In this document: piece after piece, positions 55,230 through 64,000 of the stretch
Position numbering within the stretch: position 1 is the stretch's first letter
How the letters are laid out: every line of letters begins with the position of its first letter
Assembly: GCA_044360315.1 (NCBI GenBank)
Contig: JBIKKO010000003.1
Span: 1,301 to 65,300 of the forward strand
DNA: 64,000 nucleotides
Direction: 5' to 3'
Source: Oligoflexales bacterium
GTDB lineage: Bacteria; Bdellovibrionota_B; Oligoflexia; Oligoflexales; RGVZ01
Made by a program: the position numbers and the translations under genes
Notes under the pieces: model-generated
What the model was told of the DNA's origin: nothing
Databases searched by the model: none
The model's input: only the letters and a program-made list of their open reading frames with translations

Positions 55230-57466
55230 GCAGCTATTTGACGTGTTGGCATACGTCTAAGAAAAGGTTCAATTTCAGTAGGGTCTAGGACAAGAATGAC
55301 ATCGCCATGACCCAATATTGCACCCCCGGCTATGCAAGGGATATTTGGCAGTAAATGTCCCAGAGGCTTTATAACAAGCTCCTGTTGGCTTTGGAGAGAG
55401 TCTGCGATGATCCCAAACCTTTTATCGCCATTGTCAATGACAACCAAAAACCTTCTTTGTTCTCTGCGGGTGATGCCCACGGGACGGTCAAGGTTGACGA
55501 TTTGGTTAGATTTTGCCCTGTACCAAAGATCTTGATCGCGTTCCGATAGGGATAGGATTTTATCTAAATGATAGACGGGTAGGGCTTTGTCGCGTAGTTG
55601 GATCATTTCTGAACCTGCGACTTTCTCAATGTCGTTCACGTTGATACGTATGGATTCAACCACTGAATTCAGTGGGATGCCAAAGGTTTCACCTTGGGAT
55701 TCAACAAGGAGTATTTGAATGATAGCTAGTGTTAACGGAAGTCGAATGGTGATTATAGATCCAAAGCCAAGTGCTGACGAGATGTCGACAGTTCCTTTCA
55801 GCTTTGAAATCTGCTTTTTTACGACATCCATCCCAACACCTCGACCGGATACTGTTGTAACCGTTTCAGCAGTTGAGAAACCAGGTTCAAAGATAAGATT
55901 AAACACTTCATGATCCGTCATCTGTTGGTCTGGCTTGATCAGTCCTTTTTCAAGAGCTTTTGCCCTGATTTTTGCGGTATCCATACCTTTGCCATCATCT
56001 TGAATCTTGATCAGGATTTGATTGCCCTCTTGTTTTGCGGATAAATGTACCTTGCCTACTTGATTTTTATTTGATTTCACCCGGAGTTCTCGGGTTTCGA
56101 TGCCGTGATCACAAGCATTACGAATCAGGTGTACGAGTGGATCGCCAATCTGCTCGACAAGGGTTTTGTCGAACTCGGTATCTTCTCCTTCTATGATAAG
56201 CTCTATATCTTTATCGAGCTGTCGGGCAAGATCGCGTACAATGCGCGGATATTTATTAAATACAGATCCGACCGGGACCATGCGAATTTTCATAGTGATG
56301 TCCTGGACATCGGCCATGTGTCTTGTGAACATCTGAAGCGCTTCGGCCATTGTGCTTGCAAGCTTTGAATTTTTGTTTTCGTGGCGTACTGCATCAGTCA
56401 GAGCTTGAAAACGTGTTTTGTCGATGACGAGTTCACCAATTAAATTGACTAAGGTATCAAGTTTCTCAAGGTCAACACGGATGGTTTCACCGGGAGTCTC
56501 GGTTTTCCTTTGACTTGATGTTTGCGCTTGAACGGAGGTAGCAGAATGGGTCGACGTTGATTCTTGTCCATTTGATTTGATGAGTGGTTTAACATCTGCT
56601 TTTGGTATATTTTGTGCCGCTTTTGTGTCAAACTTTCCGTCTGCGGCTGATTGTAAAAGACGTATGACATTTTCGATGTTGATTCCCGAGGGCTCCTTTC
56701 GCACAGCGGCGGGTAGCAGCTTTTTTAAGCAGTCCAACCCGTTGAACACAGCATCTATTGTTTGCGAGTTCGGTATAAGCTTTCCTTTTCGAACATGATC
56801 AAAGAGATTTTCCATACGATGCATGAGTCGCTCGATGGCCCGGAATCCAAACATTCCAGCTGCTCCTTTGAGCGTGTGTGCAGATCTAAAAATTTCCTCG
56901 ATAATGTCGCGATCTGTTGGACTCTGTTCAAGTTTGAGAATACTTTCGTCGAGTGCTTGTACGAGTTCGGCCGAGTTCGTTGTAAAGTCTTTCATCATTT
57001 CTGGATCGGATGCAAAATCATTAGCTTCCCATTCGGGAGCAGCCTCGGCGGTCTCAGTTTGGGTTTCGGTATGATTATCAGGAGCGGTGGTCTCTTCTGC
57101 GGCTTGATTCGCCGAATTCATGTCGAGAGGGGCATCCATTTCCGCAAGAAGTCGAAGGGCCTCATCGTCACTTATAGACAATTGAACGTCCTCTTTGGAC
57201 GGCATCGTTTCATGGTGTAGGGGCGGCACGGCGATCAAGGCTGTGTGAGGCCCGGTGTTCGTATTTTGGGGGATGAGAGTAGGTGTCCAATCTAGAAATA
57301 GATGGATGATTTCTGTGGTCTCCCTCATCAAGGAGCGGAGTTGCTCCAGACGCGAGGGGTCACAGCCTTGGCCGTCGCGCAGTTCTGAAATGAGTTGCAT
57401 CACACGCGGAAGGGCGTCCCTTTCGAGGTTGTCGAGTGCTGCATTGGTTAGTGCACTGCTGTTCAT
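55226..57466 (-). CDS. cheA: chemotaxis histidine kinase CheA (P1-P3-P4-P5; no obvious P2; ~160-aa unassigned N-terminus)
   Basis: Hpt motif FRSAHTLKGAAGMFGF. Dimerisation segment IRVDLEKLDTLVNLIGELV. HATPase motifs HLIRNACDHGIE, DDGKGMD and GRGVGMDVV. C-terminal CheW-like domain. Confidence 0.9.
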   Translation of the reverse strand: MNSSALTNAALDNLERDALPRVMQLISELRDGQGCDPSRLEQLRSLMRETTEIIHLFLDWTPTLIPQNTNTGPHTALIAVPPLHHETMPSKEDVQLSISDDEALRLLAEMDAPLDMNSANQAAEETTAPDNHTETQTETAEAAPEWEANDFASDPEMMKDFTTNSAELVQALDESILKLEQSPTDRDIIEEIFRSAHTLKGAAGMFGFRAIERLMHRMENLFDHVRKGKLIPNSQTIDAVFNGLDCLKKLLPAAVRKEPSGINIENVIRLLQSAADGKFDTKAAQNIPKADVKPLIKSNGQESTSTHSATSVQAQTSSQRKTETPGETIRVDLEKLDTLVNLIGELVIDKTRFQALTDAVRHENKNSKLASTMAEALQMFTRHMADVQDITMKIRMVPVGSVFNKYPRIVRDLARQLDKDIELIIEGEDTEFDKTLVEQIGDPLVHLIRNACDHGIETRELRVKSNKNQVGKVHLSAKQEGNQILIKIQDDGKGMDTAKIRAKALEKGLIKPDQQMTDHEVFNLIFEPGFSTAETVTTVSGRGVGMDVVKKQISKLKGTVDISSALGFGSIITIRLPLTLAIIQILLVESQGETFGIPLNSVVESIRINVNDIEKVAGSEMIQLRDKALPVYHLDKILSLSERDQDLWYRAKSNQIVNLDRPVGITRREQRRFLVVIDNGDKRFGIIADSLQSQQELVIKPLGHLLPNIPCIAGGAILGHGDVILVLDPTEIEPFLRRMPTRQIAA

Positions 57467-57493
57467 GCACGATCTCCATTCTGTGACCGTGAG

Positions 57494-58009
57494 CTATGAC
57501 GCCTTGCCAAGTTTGGTTGCTACAGGTGTTAGAAATAAGAAGTAGCTATCGGGCATGGCGTCGAAAATCAAATTCTGTTGGCATTTGTCGCATAATCGCT
57601 CTGGGGCCATTTGACGCGCTAGACGCAATAGTTCTAGCTTTGCATCGATGAGAACTTCCATATCTCCATGTTCCTCACATACATATGGTGCAAAAAACGA
57701 TTGGACATCTCCCTTACTAACAGACTCTGGGACCATGTTGAATTGATCCACCATCGGTATGGAACACTTAACAAATGTGATGGGTGCGATTTTTTCTAAA
57801 TCTTTGATCAGGAAGACCCATTCGCGCACACCGCATGAGTTGAAGTTGGTTATGCCTTCAAGGTCCATGATAATCGATTGAGTGTTGATGCGAGTTACAT
57901 CCTGCTGTTTAAAGGAATCATCGACGTCACCTTTAAAGCGATACAAAACCCCGCTGGCGTTTTGTTCAATATCTATGCTTAAGCTGCCAAAGCTGATTCT
58001 AGTCGACAT
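57494..58009 (-). CDS. STAS-like domain protein with C-terminal Cys/His cluster
   Basis: 171 aa. LYRFKGDVDD....IIMDLEGITNFNSCGVREWVFLI resembles anti-sigma-antagonist (STAS) topology. The C-terminal half carries CEEH...CDKC. It is the first gene of the cheA-cheW operon, 27 nt upstream of cheA. Confidence 0.45.
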   Translation of the reverse strand: MSTRISFGSLSIDIEQNASGVLYRFKGDVDDSFKQQDVTRINTQSIIMDLEGITNFNSCGVREWVFLIKDLEKIAPITFVKCSIPMVDQFNMVPESVSKGDVQSFFAPYVCEEHGDMEVLIDAKLELLRLARQMAPERLCDKCQQNLIFDAMPDSYFLFLTPVATKLGKAS

Positions 58010-58505
58010 TTTAGCCTCCTCTGATGACGTTTTAAAACGGTCCGGGAACCAAGGGGGTATCGGAATCCGAGGACTTCATCTTGAAAGCACCCGCCTTGCG
58101 TTTTTCGAAAAAAATTGGTTATTAGGCATGATTTCAGATGATTACGCGCCAGCTGCTGGTGGTCAGGCTGTGGTCGTTCGACGATCGAGGCTACTGACTT
58201 TCAGGATTGATGTTAGTTGATCTAACGGATCGGTGTTCATCTTATTGGCCTCCGGCCGGTCGTGTTGATGCTCTAACTTTGATTATAGCAGAACCACAGG
58301 TTGAATGGTTGCATCAGAGAATCAGACTGCGCTAAAGTAGGGTCAGGCGACGTTTCGTGTGTAGCTTGATGGTGACAAGAATTTGTGTCAACTTCAAGGG
58401 TAGTGCTCACTTAAAATGATTGCACTCAAACCCCTGTGTGCTTGTCGTTTTGAAGAGTGTTGGTCGTTCATATTGATCAAAGCAGAAATGGTGTGAGGTC
58501 TAGTA

Positions 58506-59486
58506 ATGAAAGTGCTCGCAATTGATATCGGTGGTACCAAGTCAGTGTTGGGACTGTGTCAGCTCCAGGGGACAAGGGTGACGTCGATTTCGGGCGTGAC
58601 CAAGCTTGCCAGCTCTGAATTCACATCTCTTCAGTCCATGATTAGTTTGTGGTGTCGGCAGCACCCTGCGCTCGAGTTTGAAGCCATCGGTGCAGGCGTG
58701 GCGGGGCCTTTTGCAGATGGGAGAGTCCCGTTAACAAATCTTGGTTGGTCTATCGATGCCCTTGAGGTTAGTAAAGCGTTTGGAAAACCGTGTCGAGTTT
58801 GTAATGATATGGAAGCTCATGGATGGGGAATCCTTGGGCTTAATGATAGCCAGCGGGCCGTGCTCAATGTTGGTCGGCCCGTTCAAGGGTCCATGGCCTT
58901 AATCGCAGCAGGCACAGGATTAGGAGAGGCCATCATTGGCTGGAGCGGGCAAGATCACTTCCCGATGCCAGGAGAAGGTGGGCACGCAAGCTTTAGCCCA
59001 ACGACGCCACTTGAGGATGAACTCTTGTTGTTTTTACGCGGTGAGATTCAAGGGCATGTTAGCTGGGAACGCGTGCTGGGCGGGCGCGACGGGTTTCGCT
59101 ACCTAGCGCTCTTTTTAGCTTCACACCGAAGCATCTGTTTGCCTGATTTTTTAGCTGATTTAGGACCGTCAGAGTTTGATTGGGGTCCGGCCGTCATCGC
59201 TGCTGCAGACCGTGGCGACCCATTTGCGCGTGACGTCGTGGGCTTTTATGCAACACTATACGGGCGTGAGTCTGCGAATTTAGCGCTGAAGTGTATTCCC
59301 AAATCAGGAGTTTATCTCGGAGGTGGGATTGCTGGTCGGATTAGACCAGCTCTCGCGGAACACTTTATGCGTGGGTTTACTGATAAAGGTCGATTTTCAG
59401 ATCTACTTAAAACCATTCCTGTGTTTATAGTTCTAGATGAATGGAATGGGTTAAAGGGAGCTGCCATCCAGTATCGTTTATCGTGA
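58506..59486 (+). CDS. glk: glucokinase
   Basis: 326 aa. LAIDIGGTKS, AAGTGLGEA..PGEGGHASFSP, HVSWERVLGGRDG, GVYLGGGIAGRI and FTDKGRFSDLLKTIPVFIV parallel E. coli Glk (from memory). Confidence 0.85.
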   Translation: MKVLAIDIGGTKSVLGLCQLQGTRVTSISGVTKLASSEFTSLQSMISLWCRQHPALEFEAIGAGVAGPFADGRVPLTNLGWSIDALEVSKAFGKPCRVCNDMEAHGWGILGLNDSQRAVLNVGRPVQGSMALIAAGTGLGEAIIGWSGQDHFPMPGEGGHASFSPTTPLEDELLLFLRGEIQGHVSWERVLGGRDGFRYLALFLASHRSICLPDFLADLGPSEFDWGPAVIAAADRGDPFARDVVGFYATLYGRESANLALKCIPKSGVYLGGGIAGRIRPALAEHFMRGFTDKGRFSDLLKTIPVFIVLDEWNGLKGAAIQYRLS

Positions 59487-59682
59487 CTGGACGGTGTCTT
59501 TAATTAAAAGCTGCTTTGTGGTCTCTTTGCTTTGTAAATCCTTGCGGGCGAATGCGGCCCCTGTTAGGCTTTATCATGTGTGAAGATGCTGGGTGGGTTC
59601 CGCCTTCGGTTCTGGTGGTCGGCCTGTTGATATGACGTGTCTTGTTGCGAATGATCAACTACATTTTTGGAGGAGCGTTCGT

Positions 59683-59931
59683 ATGAAAATCATTTTAGTT
59701 GCAATTTTATCCGGAGCTGTGGGGGCCGCGTTGACTTCATTTTTGTTTCAGCCAACATTTGCCAATGAAGTCGAACAGCGTGCTCGGGAGGTGCTGGGAG
59801 TGCCTGCTTGCTGGGTACGAACCGGGGTGCCTCGGTGGGCTGTGGGTACACGTTGTGATCAAAATGAGGTTGTGGTTGGCTTTAGGAGTGATTCAGTGTC
59901 TTGCGCCCATATTTATGTGAGCTGCAATTAG
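59683..59931 (+). CDS. small secreted Cys-containing protein
   Basis: GGAGGAG RBS precedes ATG 59683, giving MKIILVAILSGAVGAALTSFLFQPTFA (signal). The mature ~55 aa contain 4 Cys. The ORF-track start at 59593 is unlikely. Confidence 0.5.
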   Translation: MKIILVAILSGAVGAALTSFLFQPTFANEVEQRAREVLGVPACWVRTGVPRWAVGTRCDQNEVVVGFRSDSVSCAHIYVSCN

Positions 59932-59977
59932 ATCGCCGCCTAACAGGCTTATATGTTGCGAGCGGCCAGGGTTGTTC

Positions 59978-60646
59978 TTAGGGGCTTTTGGATAGTTTCA
60001 GGATATAGGTGGCGACGTCACGGGGGTGATCGGCTCTTGCGCTCGGGTATTCGGCAGTAGGAGTAGGATTAAACCCCCAACTAACCCAAATGGCCGTACA
60101 GTTCATCGACTTAGCAGCTAAAATATCTTGATGGCCATCACCGACCATAAACAAGGGGTGGTTCGCGGGATAACCCGAATCCATGAGTGCTCGGACTAGT
60201 GGCGCTTTATCCGGTTTGGGTTTAGGTGTTGAGTCACCGCCTAGCCAAGTTTTAAAATACGGTGCCCAGCCGAAATAGCGCACCAACTCATCAACCAAGG
60301 CCACAGGTTTATTGCTCACGATAGCCATGGGCACGCGCTCGTTTTGCAACTGCACTAGTAACTCGGAAATGCCATTATAGGGACGCGTCTCTCCGGTTAC
60401 GTTTCGCGCGTAGTGATCCATAAAAATTTCTTTTGCACGAGGAAAACGCGGATCGTTTTCTGAATACGTGACACGGCTTACAAATTTGTTGACACCATCG
60501 CCTACTGCCCGAACCACGTCGGCCACGGCCATGGGGTCAAGACCAAGCTCTGCTCGGGCACCATTTGCCGCGCGGGCGATATCGTACCGCGTGTCAAGGA
60601 GGGTGCCGTCCATGTCAAACAATACAAGAGGCTGATCACTGGCCAA
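59978..60646 (-). CDS. HAD-superfamily hydrolase (phosphoglycolate-phosphatase-like)
   Basis: 222 aa. Motif I LFDMDGTLLDT, motif II VSNK, motif IV MVGDGHQD. 11-nt overlap with pepA. Confidence 0.75.
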   Translation of the reverse strand: MASDQPLVLFDMDGTLLDTRYDIARAANGARAELGLDPMAVADVVRAVGDGVNKFVSRVTYSENDPRFPRAKEIFMDHYARNVTGETRPYNGISELLVQLQNERVPMAIVSNKPVALVDELVRYFGWAPYFKTWLGGDSTPKPKPDKAPLVRALMDSGYPANHPLFMVGDGHQDILAAKSMNCTAIWVSWGFNPTPTAEYPSARADHPRDVATYILKLSKSP

Positions 60647-62162
60647 AACGTTTCACCGCTTCCACCATGGTTCTTAGGCCATAAGCACAGCCTCCGGAGG
60701 CAGGGAAGCCGGTTGCTTTGCAGCTCCAACCCGTTCCAGCGATGTCAAGGTGGGCCCATTTTGTGCTGCCAACAAACTCCTTAATAAACATCGCGCCGAT
60801 GATTGTTCCGGCTTTAACCGATGGTTTAGCAATATTGTTTAAATCTGCAGTGGTGCCCTTAATCTCTTGCTCCAGCTCTGGCCATAGCGGAAGCCTCCAA
60901 AATGGCTCTCCGATGTGTTGACTGGCTTTAAGGATATGCTCGGCCGTCGCGTCATCGTTCGACATGAGCCCCGCGCCGACAGTGCCTAGAGCCATTAAAA
61001 CAGCCCCTGTCAGGGTCGCAACATCAATCATCATTTCTGGTTTGTACGTGACGTTGGCGTAATGGACCAAATCCGCTAAAACCAGCCGCCCTTCGGCATC
61101 TGTGTTTTGGATTTCAATCGTCTTGCCATTCATAGCAACAACAACATCTCCTGGTTTCGTTGCGTGGGAATTAATGAGGTTTTCTGTGGCTCCTATGATA
61201 CAGATGGTTTTCACAGGTGGTTTAACCTGGCTGAAGTAATAGGCAGAGCCTAATACGGCGGCCCCTCCAGACATGTCGTACTTCATTTCCTCCATGCCTG
61301 GTCCAGGTTTTAACGAGACCCCACCGGCATCAAACGTGAGTCCTTTGCCGATGAGGGCCACGCATTTAGAGTTGTCTTGACCGTCCACTTCCATGACGAT
61401 CATGCGCGCCTCGTTGGCTGAACCCGCATTAACGCTAAGGAACGAGCCCATGCCAAGGGTTTGCAGTGATGCCTTGTCGTGAATCGTAACTTTAATGCCA
61501 TGTTCTTTGCACACATCTTCGGCGATTTCAGCAAATCGTAAAGGATCAAACCAATTAGCCGGAGCATCTTGCATGAAGCGAGTCAGAGCTGTTGCTCGAA
61601 TCATCGCCCGTAGGTGTTTTTCATCGGAGGCATCAATCTTTCCGCCGAAAAAACTAAAGTGACCTGGCAGCGGATTTTTTGACGGGTCCTTTTTTTGTCC
61701 TTTGAAAGAACCCTGGGAGTATAGGCCTTGAGCGATGCCGTCGAACACTGATTTCGTACAAACGTCCTCCGCTTTACAGAGTACGACCCGCGAGGTTTTT
61801 AAATTTTTAAGGGCGCCTGCCGCATCAAGCCCGAGGGCTCGGCTTTTTTGCGGTTTGGATGTTCTAATCTTGGTGGGAGCAATCAAAATAAATGGCGAGC
61901 CCTCGACAAGCGTTACAAAGGTACCTGCCCCCTTCCATCCAGAGGCCGCGGTGGCGGCGCATATTTTCTTTTGCAGGTCTGTGGGAAGGCTCGGAGCGTT
62001 GAGGTTGATGGTATCATCTCCATCTTTTGCTTCCGCCAAGGCGACAATGTGGGTCGCGCCGGGTACGGTGTCTGCGACTGTATCTAACTTTACTTTAGCT
62101 GCCCAATCGTAGGTTTCGGGAAGTAACGATGTCCAATGTGCCTTATTAAATCCAGTCTTCAT
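60636..62162 (-). CDS. pepA: leucyl aminopeptidase (M17)
   Basis: 508 aa. M17 signature NTDAEGRLVLAD, plus VALIGKGLTFDAGG and MKYDMSGGAAV. Confidence 0.9.
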   Translation of the reverse strand: MKTGFNKAHWTSLLPETYDWAAKVKLDTVADTVPGATHIVALAEAKDGDDTINLNAPSLPTDLQKKICAATAASGWKGAGTFVTLVEGSPFILIAPTKIRTSKPQKSRALGLDAAGALKNLKTSRVVLCKAEDVCTKSVFDGIAQGLYSQGSFKGQKKDPSKNPLPGHFSFFGGKIDASDEKHLRAMIRATALTRFMQDAPANWFDPLRFAEIAEDVCKEHGIKVTIHDKASLQTLGMGSFLSVNAGSANEARMIVMEVDGQDNSKCVALIGKGLTFDAGGVSLKPGPGMEEMKYDMSGGAAVLGSAYYFSQVKPPVKTICIIGATENLINSHATKPGDVVVAMNGKTIEIQNTDAEGRLVLADLVHYANVTYKPEMMIDVATLTGAVLMALGTVGAGLMSNDDATAEHILKASQHIGEPFWRLPLWPELEQEIKGTTADLNNIAKPSVKAGTIIGAMFIKEFVGSTKWAHLDIAGTGWSCKATGFPASGGCAYGLRTMVEAVKRFGQ

Positions 62163-62490
62163 CTGTAGGTTTGCTCCTAGTAACTTGTGACGACGCCTTG
62201 ACCTTCATGGTTCTAGATGACTCTAAGCAGGAATAGCCATATAGGCAAGAGATTAGTCACAGGTATCAGGAGGGGTGTCACATGGCGCTCGTGGGCTGAG
62301 TCGTGTCATGAACTTTGGTGGATTAGGCTTATCATCCTATGACGGTTAAGGAGGGTGCGTGAGCATAAAAAAATTCGCCCGGATTTGAGCACCTTGTTCG
62401 ATGGAATATCCGTCAGACTTCATTGACTTTTATCTTCGAAACAGCCAATGTTCTAGCCTACAGTTTATTTTTTAAGAGGAGTTCAAATAG

Positions 62491-63762
<1,272 letters not shown>

Positions 63763-63876
63763 TGCCGTGGTGCGTCTTTATTTCTGACGCGTCTGGGCGC
63801 TTGAAAACAGGTTGACCTCGAAAAACAAGGATGCACGTCCGGACGTCTGGATTTTTTATCGAAGTGGGATCACGCG

Positions 63877-63909
63877 GCATTCTCCCCTCGGTATACTGGG
63901 GGAGAATGC
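63877..63909. other. perfect 11-bp inverted repeat (hairpin) at the start of a structured-looking untranslated stretch
   Basis: GCATTCTCCCC-11 nt loop (tcggtatactg)-GGGGAGAATGC. Further short stems lie downstream (GTAGG/CCTAC, GGGTT/AACCC, CCCTGC/GCAGGG) up to the window end. No ORF covers it. Confidence 0.4.
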
Positions 63910-64000
63910 ATCTCGTGTAGGCTTGGGTCCCTACGGGTTATCGTTTAACCCTGCTCGGCTGTGCCGACCGCTTGTGCAGGGTGCGGTAATGGAGGGACTC

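Noticed and set aside
58010-58505. 496-bp ORF-poor gap between the che operon start and glk, including the 112-aa ORF 57882-58220.
   Set aside because: That ORF overlaps the STAS gene start antisense and has no RBS or motif. I saw no convincing hairpins, repeats or conserved RNA motifs. It is probably long divergent 5' UTR/promoter DNA and cannot be resolved without expression data.
63898-64000. Possible tmRNA, RNase P RNA, SRP RNA, tRNA or group II intron 5' end (GTGCG at ~63983).
   Set aside because: It lacks the conserved cores (GGAUUCGAC for tmRNA, GAAAGUCCGGGC for RNase P, the SRP GGAA/AGCA motif, tRNA D/T arms). A lone GTGCG pentamer is insufficient. It is kept only as an unexplained structured region.

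Overview
This is a 64-kb chromosomal segment of a flagellated diderm bacterium, mid-range GC by eye. It is densely coding, with about 50 credible CDS. I found no rRNA, tRNA or CRISPR array. The gene content is reminiscent of Bdellovibrio-like/Oligoflexia genomes: a short 280-aa flagellin, many lipoproteins, a secreted trypsin-like protease, PilZ/GGDEF proteins, and Mla and GldA/F/G-type ABC systems. That taxonomic call is only a guess. Housekeeping anchors are eno, pepA, glk, pyk, mrcA (PBP1A), mlaEFD, a FAH-family hydrolase, and a flagellar/chemotaxis block (fliC, fliD, fliS, flgE, cheW, cheA). Two loci look most worth follow-up. (1) 12.6-17.8 kb holds a tightly overlapped operon encoding an ATP-grasp::PLP-decarboxylase fusion, a transglutaminase-fold Cys/His/Asp protein and a urea-transporter-family channel. 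It is divergent from a stand-alone C39-like peptidase and a lipoprotein carrying an in-frame (ENEQ)n 12-bp tandem repeat. (2) 27.1-34.6 kb holds an 1805-aa Ser/Thr kinase-STAND NTPase-GAF-(apparently dead) PP2C/SpoIIE protein, translationally coupled to two ArsA/Get3-like ATPases. The window also carries an unusual number of gene relics. These are two ISAs1-family transposase fragments in opposite orientation 43 kb apart, an internally deleted elbB, an RDD-family C-terminal stub and a collapsed GxxExxY gene. All functional calls rest on motif recognition by eye and from memory; no database search was possible.
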